64,000 nucleotides of DNA from Camelus dromedarius. Its lineage: Eukaryota. Under the pieces are notes generated by a model. The model was given only the letters and a program-made list of their open reading frames with translations, was not told the DNA's origin and searched no databases. Position numbers and translations under genes: made by a program. The first letter of the stretch is position 1; each line of letters starts with the position of its first letter. Below, piece after piece: positions 1-13,500 of the stretch. The DNA is taken from NCBI RefSeq assembly GCF_036321535.1, contig NC_087436.1, forward strand, positions 90,956,001-91,020,000, written 5' to 3'.

Positions 1-125
1 GCTTCTTCCCTCATAAAATAGAATGGTAACAGTACCTGTACCTCCACTGTTATGCAGACTGAATGAGGGAAGAGGGCTCAGCACAGTGGCTGTCACATAT
101 TAAACTCAATAAATGGTGGCTGTTA
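1..125 (+). mobile_element. MIR fragment
   Basis: TAAAATAGAATGGTAACAGTACCT...AGCACAGTGGCTGTCACATA...CTCAATAAATG. Confidence 0.6.
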
Positions 126-979
126 TAATATTCAGTTTACATCATTGCATGCAAAAAATCAGTAATGTAAGATCCTCTAGGGGATAACACTTAGAAGGCA
201 CACAACTCTAAATCATGTTTGGGAGAGTGGCCAGGGGAGAGAACATAAGCGTATGCAAAAAAAATTGAAAAATATATTTTTTACTATTTCAAGTAAAACT
301 GTTTCCCAAAAAGTCAGAGACTAAAGGGAAAAAAAGTGTCCAAATCACAAGCATGCTAATGAAGCCCAGATGTTACAGAATAGTAGTGCATACTATGTGC
401 CAGGTACCAACTTTTAACTTTCCCCTGGCAATAATGGTAGAGGAAAAAAATCTTATCTCACAGCTAAGCTATTTTATCTTACTGTAATAGTCTGTCCTCT
501 GGTTTGTTCAGTGACTGAGTAAAGAAAGCACATGCTTTGGACTAAGACAATCACTTGCTGGCTGTGTAACCTTAAGTTAAGTTACTGAACTACTCTCAAG
601 CTCAGTCGCCTCAACTACAAAATCTAGACATTAATTATTAAACTGTCATTAATAACAGCTGCTGCTAATACCAAACATTATCACTTTGCACAAATGCATT
701 TTAGTTAGAAGTAAGACAGCCCCACCCTTACTTTAACTTATATGTACATGAAAACTGTAGTGTCAAACATTTATAAACATTTTATGGAAAACTAGAGCAC
801 ATGTCTAGACACTATGTTATTTGACTTTGTTTAAAAAGATTCCTATGTATCACCTAAATATATCCAGCTAACAAGTTGACACTGACTGAAAATATTTTAT
901 CTCAGGCATGAACTAGACAGAAAGAATCTTAAGTATGGGGCCCTTTCAGTGTAAGGAATATGTCTGAAGACAAATTTCA

Positions 980-1205
980 CTGAGCATATGCTGTCATGTA
1001 GTCTCCTGAATATTTTAAGCATATTTCATCTAACCTTCACAACAGCCTACAGAGGTAAGTAATAGAATAATCGTGATTTTAATGAAGACTAAATGGATAA
1101 AAAGAGGGTAATTTGGCCAAGGTTACCTTACCTAGTTGAGTTGTGGAATAGGAAGCTGAAACCAGGAAAATATGGCTTCAGAACCCAAGCTCTTATCTAC
1201 CCACT
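980..1205 (-). mobile_element. MIR in the GUF1 3' UTR / downstream region
   Basis: CCTTCACAACAGCCTAC...TTTGGCCAAGGTTAC...AACCCAAGCTCTTA. Confidence 0.6.
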
Positions 1206-1373
1206 ACTCTCTTTCTAAGAAAAACCAAGAGGTTATTTAAAACTTGAAAACCTTGAAAGTATCAAGCAAATTTTCTAATTTTAATTCCATTGTGTTCAAC
1301 ATATAAATTACTAAGAAAAATTAAAGGATACACAATTTTTAATTTATGAAAATTCCTTATATTTTCCCATCAA

Positions 1374-1511
1374 TTATTTATCAGATTGTGTTCTCAGAAC
1401 TTTTATAAAAGCATCTTTTGGAACTTCAACATTGCCAACCTTCCTCAGTTTTTTCTTTCCTTCTGCTTGTCTCTTCAAAAGTTTCATTTTTCGGGTAATA
1501 TCACCACCATA
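1374..1511 (-). CDS. GUF1: GUF1 last coding exon ([24 protein letters not shown]...RTQSDK*)
   Basis: 138 nt including TAA at 1376-1374. Confidence 0.96.
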   Translation of the reverse strand, partial: YGGDITRKMKLLKRQAEGKKKLRKVGNVEVPKDAFIKVLRTQSDK

Positions 1512-4500
1512 CTGAAACAAAATTTAAAAAGTTGGAAATCCAAATCACTCCACAGAAAATAATCCTACAATTACCTAGACACAGCAGTACAATTATAAGC
1601 ACCTTACAATTATTACCCATGAAGTAGACATCTGCAGAATTACCTCCAATCCCCTTCCTAGCAGAGCCTAATTTTACTATCTTCTCAAAGAATGATAAAG
1701 GCTTTATTTTTTTAAGATAGAGATAAAGATCCTCAAGGAAACCCAGTATGCATGTACAAGAAGAGTTATCAATCTCCTTACTGATTCAAGGGCTTGAAAT
1801 TCTGGACTACCTAGTGTAGTCTGATACAGGAACTCACCTAGGCTTCAATGTGCCAGTCCCTAGAAAAAGCATTTATGATTTAAATCTCATAATAACGGAC
1901 TTAAGAATCATTTTTATAAAAGAGATGAAATAGTAAACTTGGCAGTGTGAGAGAGATGGATTTCAATTTCAATTCCCTTTGTAAAACAGTCATTGTCTTT
2001 AAAATCTTTCCTTATGTATTAAATCAATAGAACTTTTATCCTGATCATAATTGTTACAAAAGGTTCTTGGGTAGTATTGCATATAAGGAAATTTTTATAA
2101 GTAAGATGGGAAATATTTAAGAATGTGATCAAAATGAATATGCTATCAGTATGGTCAAGCTGAAATTTACCTATTTAAAAAGAAAACGTGGGGGAGGGTA
2201 GAGCTCAGTGGTAGAATAGAGTGCTTAGCATGCATGAGGTCCTGGGTTCAATCCTCAGTACCACCATTAAATAAAATAGTAATAAATAAGTAAACCTAAT
2301 TGCCTTCCCTCCCCCCCAAAAAAACCTAAAAGAAACAAACAAAAAAAGAAAATGTGGGCATGAAATAAAGGGTATTATAAAAACCAACAATGGAAACCAA
2401 TGTATTCCCCACTTGATTTTAAACGTACAAAATAGATACATCGTTAACAAAATGAAACACGTGCATATACGTACGCATTTTGCCAGAACATTTTTCCTAT
2501 AGGCTTTCACACTGTAAAAGAGGAAATTTGTATCTGTACGTAACTTAATTATACCAGTTAAAAGTACTTATTTCAAAAAACAACCTTCTCTTTACTAAGG
2601 ATATTAAGATCAAGTCATACCCATGTAAAATTGCCATAAGCAAATAATTAGATAGCTCAAATGCTATTGTATTTATTTTCATGTAATTAGTACAAAACAG
2701 AAAATGAATTCAACATGACTATCAATATATACTTTATTAAGAATAAAAAAAGGTCAAGGCTTGTGGGTAGTCTTGATGAGGCCAAATTCGAGCATGGTGT
2801 GATCTTAATTACAAGAATTACACAAGGTCATTTCCAGTTCAACCTAAAAATACTACTACCACTACTATTTCTAAAAAAATTAATTTAAAATCATTATTAT
2901 CTCATTACTAACTGATTGTGAGTCAAGAGTGACTAAGGAATATAAAGAAAAACATATTACTTTTATAAAACCCATTTCACAATAAACTATCCATCTAAGC
3001 AGCTATAATTAATCTATTTTTATAATTTATCTGAAAAATTTAGAGGATCAAAAATTTGAAAATAGCTGCATTTTTATGTATTCCATAAGAAGATATAAAA
3101 TTTTTTTTCTTTAAGGTATTCTCTACCCCAACACATTTAAGTTAGAATGATACTTGGTAATAATTATTTTAAATTGCACTTTCCTGGATGTTCCCTGGTT
3201 ACCAACACCATTCTAATATCTGAGTATTCATGAAACACAAAATAACTATAGCAAAATGCTGTTAGGAAATGAAATTCTTTGCAAATAGAGGCATAACATT
3301 TATCCCAAGACTGTATATAAAAATGATGTTGTATTTCACCACTACTGATATATTAGGTTTGGGTTAAGCTAGACTTGAATAGCAATTTCCAACTAAGATA
3401 ATTCTGACTTTCCAGAGTCTTAAGATCATCAAGGAAACAAAATGAGAAATGCTACAAGATACTTCTGCACTTACTGTTACTAGGAGTGCAGCTTATTCCA
3501 TGTTCTGATTTATACATCACGTTTCATGAAAGACTATAGTGTTTCCTACACTGAGTAGCCTATCACCATGTCTGCTGTATCACATGGTAAGTCCCTAATC
3601 TAGAATGCAAACTCCCAAAGCCTAACATGGTATCAGCATTCTTCTCTCACCTTTCCAATTTACAACCTAACTAGCTCTAAGGAAGTGATATTAAATGCAA
3701 GTAAAAATCATAATGTAGTTTTATCTTTTGGAAAAATATCTCCAAAACCTTTTAAATTCTGGTTCCGATTAATTAAAGGGATTAAAAAAAAATCAAAAAC
3801 TACAGAAATCCATTACCCAGGAAATTCAGTGGGGTCATTCAATAAAATGAATGCAAATAAAATTTCTCAAACCCATGTAAGTTATATTAATGTAAATAAT
3901 TATCACCCAAAAGTGTCATATAAGTAATTCAAAGTAACAGTCATTACTTAGGTTAGTGGAATTAAGAGTCAGATTAGTGTTTTTATAAGTAGAAATAAAG
4001 TTTAGGCCAATGTCAAATTAAATTTTTCAATATTCTTTCATTTTTCTAGGTATATCACTGCTAAAACCAACCAGGGAACAAAAATGAATTTCAACTCACG
4101 TTTCTCTTGCAATGATTTTACTTCCAACGGCAGCTTGAATTGCTATCTCAAACAGCTGCCGAGGAAGAGAATCCTTCAGACGTTCACATATGGCTTTGCC
4201 AACAGTGTGCGCTTTGTCTCTGAGAGGACAAAATTCAACTTTTCACATATCCCAAATAAGAATAATTAAAATAGCTTTCTAATTGATATACATAATCAAT
4301 TTAAGGTGATTTCTTAAGGAGGTACAAATGAACATATTTATCATAAACTTCACTTACTCTCTGAATCATACTGCAAAAACATGATCTATAACAGAAAATC
4401 TAGAGAAACATTAAGAATAAAAACCATTCTTGAGGTCCTTCCCCTACCCTCAGAATGGCGCTGTTAAACATCTTAGAATGTTTGTTAAACACATTTCCAT

Positions 4501-7500
4501 TCTTCTAGTTATTTTTCTGCATACATATTTAATTACCTTTTACAGCTTGTGACATACTGCTATGATATATTCTACCTTTTTATTTAATACATTTTTTATG
4601 TCACTAAATATTACTGGACAATATAGTTTTAGTGGCTTAAGATAAATTATTATATGGGTGCTCCATAATTTATATTAACCAATCTACTATTTCCTGAACA
4701 TGTAGGGGATTTCATTTTTCATTATTATAAAATATAAACGTTAAAATACAATTAAAGAAATACATAAATAAAATGTTAAAAAACATTTACTTTGTCTTAC
4801 CTGATAAGGGAAACATTTCCTTCCATGACATTATTCTTTTTGGCTATTATAATTAATTCTATTCTTTTATATTTTAACAGTTTGGAAAGAGAAGCTTGGG
4901 AAAAGAATGGAAGGAAAAACTAGTACATGGTAATTTAATTACTTTAATTTTTCAAAATGTAGCTGTCAAGTAAAAATGAGCAACTGACAGTTAAATGAAA
5001 ACATGTCAAGAGTGGTTACTTTCACATCCCATGATTAGTTTCTATTTGACTTACTTGTGTACAACAGTTACTAGCTCTTCTACAATATTTCCATTCAACA
5101 AAATATCCATTTTTACAAGTTCTGCCGTCTGGTAGCCTGCATCTTCGTAATCAAAACTAACAAGGAAAAATGTCCAAGTGATAAACATTATATTTCCCAA
5201 GAAATTATATTTTTTTCTTTTCAAAATATCTTTTTTCTGTCTCCACTCATACCCTTCCACCACCCCCATCAAAGATCTAACTTTCCAACAAAATACTACA
5301 TGTACATTTCAGATGACTGGATCTAAATGACCACAGCAAAGAACAAACTTACTCACCTTTTTACATTTATGAAATGAGATACAAAATCAAGGAGAACATG
5401 CTGCACTATGGGAAGGAAAGAAATTAAGCCAGGCTAGGAAAATGGATCATTGAAAGCAAATGTCACCTTCTCAATGTTCCCTCCTAGCAGCTGGCTGGCT
5501 GTAGAAAACAATATATTAGTGGATCATTCTCAGACTCAAGAGTTGGGTTTCTGTTTAGTTTTCTATTACCAGGTAAATAAATACTATGGCACTGATAAAG
5601 TCATTCATAAATGAGTATTCTGAATTTCATATATGGCTCTTCAGTATGAATCTTCACAGGGCTTTTTGAGAATGAAATGAGTTCATACATGTAAAAACTT
5701 GAACAGTGCCTAGTACATAAAAAGTGCTAAGAACAGAGCTTAGCACATTTAAGTACTTAGTAAGTTTGAGCTATTATTATTAACAATATGGTCAAAGCTT
5801 ACAATGCTAATTAAAACAAACAAGTTTAACTTAAAACTGAAGTCTGATAAGAAAAATTTAAATTATGCTTACATGTCTTTGCAACTGTGAACAAGAACAT
5901 GTGTATTCTTACTGCCTTAATTTTAAAACAAACTGGTGCCTAGAGTTGCAAATGTTTGGCTTCTAAAGGTTTTCAGCAGGAAGGTCACAAGGTGACCCCA
6001 ATACTCTCTAAAACCAGATTACTGCCTGAAGCATCGCCAAAAATCCTTCCTTTTTTCCAACAAATACCATTAAGCATGTACTACATGAAAAGTACCATGT
6101 TAAGGACTATACAGAATACAGAGAGAGAGAAAACAGACATAGTCCTTAGACGTTCACTTTGTTTACAGTCAGATGTTCACCTTGTTCTGTGCTCAAAAAA
6201 TTTTAGAATTTCAATTTTCAAAAATATGAAAAAATATCCATGTGCATTCTTAAAACATAAGAATTACCTTAACTTTGGAAGCTGGAATTATTTTACTTTT
6301 ACACAGTTCATAATAAACCATGTTCTCTCACTTAATGCAAAATACATTTAAGTTTCTAAGCTAAAAGATTTTAAGACCACTTCACCCAGAAAGTGGTATT
6401 CAAATGCAAACTAGAATGCACAAACTTTTGTTAAAAATGTTATAAACACTTAGTAATCATAATAGTAATTGTTTAACAACATGCTGCCTCAATTCATTTT
6501 ATTTTAAATTATACTGCTACTTATTTCCTCAAGATCTCATCTGAAGGAAATAAGAAAAATAACTGGGTGACAAAGTAGAAAAAAAAAAATTCTCAGCACA
6601 AAAGAACATAAAGAAGATTCCTTTCTATCCTGAGTTATGCTGACTCTCTTCACCTAGAAGCTCATTTCATAAAGTAAACTTCCAGGTCACTGCAGTATGG
6701 CCGTCTAGCACTGGAATTATCCTTTCAATGCTAATTTCAAATATGCCTGCCCATGTATGCATGTGTTTTACAGATGTGAACATTAACTTTTCCCTCTACT
6801 TCCCCATTATATTTCCTTTAGACACTAGTATATGCTATCCAGTAATGTAAGATTTTAGGATACTTATGGCAACTAGAGTTATCTGCCCCAACAAAAAATA
6901 CTCCCAAAATGCCATGCACTGAGTTCTTTGTTATTTAATATTAACTCTTCCTTCACTTTTATCAGGCTCCTCCTCCATGTACTCCTATGGGGTAAGACAA
7001 TGGTTTTCTTAATGTAGACCACTTATTCCTGGGAAGATCAAGTTATTGCAGTGTTCACAAATACAGGGGCACACCTAGCATTTTTTACAAACAAAATATA
7101 TACTTCTATTTTCTAAATGTCTGAATATATACAAATGGCTCCTAGGATTATAACATACAAATACATTTTAAAAGTGCCCCTGAGGTCACAGTAGCCTTTT
7201 AAAATTATGTATACTTTTTAATCAACATACATATTTCATGAAGATGGCACTATAATTTTTTTCATTAAGAAAAGGGTAATAGTTTGATGACTCAAAGGAA
7301 TTCTTTCTTCCATTAAGCAAATTACAAGTACTCTGTAACACCTATAAAGTTGCTCCAAGTTTTGAGTATGATTCTCAACCATCTTCAAGACAGTTTACAT
7401 TATCAAATAAGTGAAGTTATTAGCATACTCTTGCTGGTCAATATTTCAAAAGACTATCCAGGTATCTCAGTTTCCCATTAAATTTTTACCTAGCATATCC

Positions 7501-10500
7501 AGAAGACAAGGATTTCAAAGAATCATAAAAATCCACCACAATTTCATTCAAAGGGAAGAGATACTTAAGCATAACTCTATTTTGATCAATAAACATCATA
7601 TTCTTCTGAACTGCTCTTCGAGCCTAAAAAGGGAAGAAAAAATGTATTTAATGATAACTTATCCCAATAATGATTTATTTGATGAACACAGACAGATGTC
7701 AATTATCAACTTAAGATTTCCTTACAAATCCTAATAAAGAATGGGCAAAGTGAAGGAATATGTCTTTAATGGTCTAGTAAAAATATCTGATCAATATTTA
7801 CAATACAGGGAAAACCATTTTGTATTTGAATTACAATATACTTGCTAACAGAACTTTTAATCCTTTGTCTTTATCTAACAGTTTTATCTTTCTTAATTAT
7901 ACAGTTTCATTTAATAATAAATCAAAACAGCTACAGATAAAATCGAAGTTCTAATTTCTTATTTTACAAATAAAAGAAGTTTAGCATTCAGAGAAATTGA
8001 GTGATCAAAGTTAACTTTTTTTGTATGTGAGAACAGAATTAAAATTCAAGTCCATTAGTCATCATTTGAAAGTACTTTCCAATATGTGTCAGAATATTTC
8101 AAATAGGTAATTTTTGAGGACTACATTATATCAAATTTACAAATTAAGTCATTTATTACAATGTGGCAAGAACTAAAGGAAAATTGGGAATACTTTCCAA
8201 AGGTCTCTGAAATACTATAATTATCTTTCAAACGATGTTCAATTTCAAATACTCAAAAAGGCTAAAGGAAATTATGTTTTTAGCTACTCAGGATAAAAAG
8301 ACATAAAATTTCTTTCCTTTAAGGCTAAAATATCAATTCAGTAAACTAGTAGTACAGTGATCGAAAATTTGGTTCTATTTTCTTCTTTAAAAATCAAAAT
8401 AATTTAAGTATATGTATCTATATCTACATGTATAGATACATAAAATATATGAAGAGGTAGATCTTTATGAATATTCTTTTATTAAATTCAATGTGCTCTA
8501 CAGAGAGAAACCTTTCAAAACCTGAACTGAGTCCCCTCTTTAGAAAAGACTAAAATTTACTTTTGTATTAAACTGTATTACATTTATTACCTGGCAAAGC
8601 ATCATTATTTTTCCAATATATTCATCTGGTGTGATAATTGTGCCCAAAACAACTGGCTCCAAATATTCTACCACTTTTGATTTATCAGGGAATTGTGCAG
8701 GATTGATGATTATAATTTCCTTTTCTCTGTATTCCTAAAAATAAGAAAAATCATTGATTTGTGATCATTTAATAACAATTATTAATGTATCCACATTACT
8801 GACATTTACCAAACACATTTCATGTACCATTTAGGAAAAAAATGATGTAAGAATACATTTTAATCTGCCCTTTATAAGGCACTGTAAGTTAATTTTGTTG
8901 GAAAATACTTAGTTGCCAAAGTTAGTATTTGTTTAAAATGAACAGATTGCCACTTAGATGGAATACAATATTGTCTCTATCATTAACTTGAAATCTAAAA
9001 TTTCCTAGTCATGTAGGAATGAATGCATCACTTTTCAAAAGATAAATTACTTATGACCAAAATTATATTCATCTTTCCACTAAATTTAGAACAGTATTTT
9101 CATTACTAATTCTACTTTTCACCCTTACTAACAGATTAGTATTGATAATGTGGAGATTTTACCAGGTTCGTATAAATACTGCACAAATTAGTTCTCAAGT
9201 AACTTCTCCATCATTAGTCATTAGGTGATTCACTTTTTATTACTACTAATCGACAAATGTTTAGTTTTTTTAAAAAACTGAAGTACAGTGTACATTTGTT
9301 TTAACAGTCAGCTACTGGGGTTCTAAAAAGTTTCTTTTGCATTCTGCATATACATAAAGACACACACACTATTTAATTTTCCTTTGTATGCTGGCTCAGA
9401 AGAGTACCTTTATCAATTTTGTTGATGAAAGAACAGCTTTATATGGAACAGTAGGAGTTGTCAAAATAACAGAAGCATTATATTCTTGCTCTAGTCGCTG
9501 GTTGAAAACTTCCATATGCAAAAGTCCAAGAAATCCTAATCTGTGGGGAGAAAAAGCCAAACTCCAAAATGTTTATGTCCCATGGGCTCTATTTTCTTTG
9601 ATGAATATATTGTTATTTTGTGGGAGAGGGGTGGAATCAAGAGTCATTCCATCAATTGACATCATAATTAAATGCCAGCATAATCTCACTAAGTAATGTT
9701 CAGATCTTCCACTGGGGTTCTATTTAAAATGCTATAAAACTTACCCAGAGAGTATAGAGAGAATCCACAGCAAGAAACAGGTAGACATTGTTTTAGTTCA
9801 CTGTACACTAATATGAACTTATCTTCAGAAATGTTCAAGAGTAATAAACCATTTAAACTTTACTTTTCAATAAAGATGGGACTCTACAACATAACTGAAC
9901 CTTACCTCCAGCCAGCACCTAGAGCAAGGCTATTATCCCGATGAACTGTCACACTGGAATCATTCAGAGTCAGCTTTTCTACAGCACTCTTCAGGTTATT
10001 ATATTCAGACTGGTCTACAGGGTACATCCCTGGGGACACAATGTTTCTAATTATTACATGTAAAAAGCGGCACAGAAAATTTAATACAAACTGCTGCCAA
10101 GTTCAAAAGTAATCATTTAGCTTTTAAATTACTTTCCTATCTTTCAGTGATCAAGATATTGGTTTATGAAGAAAACCATGAATATTAAGTTACGTTGGCT
10201 TCAAAGTATCTTGCAAGTTTCATAGCTTTATGAATTTACCACCAGATTCACACTCAAAGCAATGCTTTTCCTTTTGCAAAAAATATAGAAAAAACAAAAA
10301 AGAACTACAGGATTTAGGCCTACCAGAAAAATATATTGTGTTTATTTCAAGAAACAAAAGTGCAAGACATACCACAACCACTCCATTAGCAGATAAAAAA
10401 AATAGAAGTAGAAACGAAAACAAAAACTAAGGACTCATCAGATTCTCTATCATCTCATATCCAAGTCCTCACCTCTTAAGTCCTCCAAAATCCAAATGAC

Positions 10501-13500
10501 TGACTTTGCGTAAATAGGAGAGGAGGGAACGAGGGAGGGCAGCATAGTAAACAAAATTCATAATTCCCAGTGAGAGACACTAAAGGGAGAAAATAAGGAT
10601 TTGGATACCCAGCACAGAGTAACTTCATGACCTTCAATCAGGTCCTCCTTTTTCAAATGTCTGTAATACCACACAGAAGTAAAAGGTTCTGAAGTTATAC
10701 ATCTGTGAGGTGACACTATTCCCTGCCATGTCTGCACTAGCACAATACAGCAGTGAAGAAAGGCCAGCAAAGGGGAAGGCACTCAGGAAATGTCACTGAT
10801 AATTAGTAATAAAAACATCCTAATTAGAAAAGTGTTTCAAATATAATAACCCACTCTTTAGTGAAACAAGAAGGAAATTCATATTACTATGCTCTTCCAT
10901 ATGTGAGAGCTTTTTTCTCAAGAGCTTATTTCTTAAGAAGTCCTAAAAAAATTTAGGAAATGATCTCCCATATAAAGTTTCACTACACATATGAAATTAA
11001 CTGATATGTAAATAGCACACCCACAAAAAAAGCCAATTAAGAGAAGCAGATTTTCCTGGAATTAGCTGTTTTTCAAAAGGAGTATTTCTAATAATTTTTA
11101 TTTCAATTTACAGAGTAAATTGGCCCTTATCCTTTGAATAAGTGAGCTCCTCACCTGCAAATACCATTGGCTTCGCTGATTTAAACCCAGGCATGGGTTC
11201 CACTGGTTGTTTATGTAAATATAATGTATCTCCTATTTGTGCTTCAGAGACATCTTTCATCCCAGCAATCAGATAGCCCACCTGGCCTGCATATCTAAAT
11301 AAAATTATTATGTAGAAATATTTACTGTTTCAATGTTTCAAGTGCATCCTCACAATCAGCTCTGCCTTTCCAAGAAATGATCACCCTTTCCAAACAAAAC
11401 TTCATCAAACTGGAAATAAGTGTTACCATTTCCATATCAACCCTCAACTGTAAGGATTGTCAGCAAAAGAACATACCATGCCTTACAATCCATTACCAAG
11501 GACCTCTGCCACACAAGCCTAGGGCCTTCTTCATGACTCTGCCCCCTTTGCATATTAAACAACAGCTTCTAAAATACAATGTAAACACAGTGAAACTGAG
11601 AAGCGCAGAAACAAAAACCACTTTTTGAAATGTCTATTTTATCAGTAAATTGTATTACAAATGTTCTTTAAAAGAAAAAAATATATATCTATTTTCTTTT
11701 AATCAAGCAGAAAAATGTCAACTCTCAACGGATCTGATTCTTCTCTGATTTGCCTCTTGCAGAAAAAGAGTAAATCCCAAGGTTTCAGAGTTTTATCTTA
11801 GTTTTTTTGTTTTTGTTTTTTTTTTCCCAAAGCAAATTTCCTTGAAGATGCACTAATGGTCAATATAAATGTCACAGAATATAGACAGACTTTCTAAAGC
11901 ACAGAGAATTATAGCTATTGTCCTGTAATAACTTCTAATGGCATATAGTCTGTAAAAATACTGAATTACAATGCTGTAAACCTAACACTAACATAATACT
12001 AGAAATCAACTATACTTCAGTAAGTAACTAAATAAGAATATGGACAGGATTTAGAAATATCTGAGTAAAATTAAAAGATACTTTATGATTTTCAACTAAA
12101 TATAAAATGACAAAATAGTGCTAGTTTTAGACATACAACATTAAACCATCAACTGTGACCTTATATAGTCACCTGGTTTAATATGTAAAATTTTACAAAT
12201 AGGAAACAAAGACCTCAGAGGACTACGTGCTCAGAGGAACCTATCTCATCAGTACCTGGAGTACCGATGGAATAAACACTCAATAAATATTTGTTTTATA
12301 AATGAGCTCAGAACTCAACTTTTGTAATGTACACTAACCTTACTTAACTCCACATGCCATGAACTCTAATCAAAGTTTTACCATGAATTCCACACTAAAT
12401 CGTTATCAAATTTTCTTCACTACGTTTATGCTGAAAAATCTAATTATAAAAAAAATTAAATGCCAAAAAGTGATACCCAGTGTGGATATGGATATAGATG
12501 AGAGAACTACCTCTTTCACTATCTCATCAAATCCATCATGTAGGACCCAATCTGCACCAGATCAAAAAATCAGTTATAGCTAGTCAAAGGAATAAAAAAT
12601 ATATATATCAAATTCCTACTCCCCCTCACACATGAGATTCCTTTTGAAATAGCGTTCACCATGTAGTGCATTAAATAATCAGGCTTTGCTTTTTTTTCCT
12701 GTTATCAAACTGGGAGCATGCTAAGCATACCAAGTTGAGAAAGGCAGAAACAGAAACATGTGCAAGTGTCTTTTAATTACTAACGCAGATTACTTACAGT
12801 TTATGAGTTGGCTGCTCATTAGGATTCAGAACTCCTACTTCATTAACTTCGTATGTCTTTTGAGTATGTGCAGATACAATTTTATCTCCTTTGGAAACCG
12901 CTCCATCAAATAATGCCACATTAGCTATCACACCTCTATACTGATCAAAGGTGGAGTCAAATACCAAAGCTCTCAGGGGATTTTTTTGATGTGCTTTAGG
13001 ACTATTAAAAAGTAAGTAAAAAACAAACATACACATAATAAATTAAAATCTTAATAAAATGCCTATTTTGAAGCCAAATTTTATGCTTAATTTATTTTAG
13101 TATTTGAGAAAAGTTAATAACTGACGATCAAAATAAAGACCCTTCTATAAAATAAGATACAATACCTATATTTATATTAGCTTTAATTCAAACTCACGTT
13201 TTAAATACATTTTAAATGAGTGTTTTAAAATTACTTATGAAACTGATGAAATATTTATGTTCAATATTAAAGCAAAAAACAGTAATTACCAAAGTCTTCA
13301 AGTCTATTAACATGACTGTTAAGAAATCCCTATCATCCTTGTTTTTTGATTTTTCTGTACTGTATTTGCCTTCTATGTATTACTAAAAATAAAAAAAATA
13401 AAAAATTCTCACTGACCACAAAGAGTATATTTGCCATAGCTTCTAAGCTAAAATAACAGATAAAATTAATGGACTTTGTACTATTAAAGATAAATGAATA

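Noticed and set aside
2195..2262. tRNA-like A and B boxes
   Set aside because: Head of a SINE with tail and TSD, not a tRNA gene.
2205..2510. 101-aa ORF continuing GUF1 exon 16 into intron 16 as a hydrophobic tail
   Set aside because: The extension comes from T-rich intron and antisense SINE sequence; the true C-terminus is exon 1374-1511.
6695..6704. GTATGGCCGT, matching the reverse complement of the 5S 5' end
   Set aside because: Only 10 nt match and the flanks diverge; compatible with chance.
8411..8442. 12-bp inverted repeat TATGTATCTATA / TATAGATACATA
   Set aside because: Low-complexity TA-rich sequence, too short for a miRNA hairpin.
4084..9696. Plus-strand ORFs at 4084, 7411 and 9388
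   Set aside because: Antisense shadows of GUF1 exons 15, 13 and 11.
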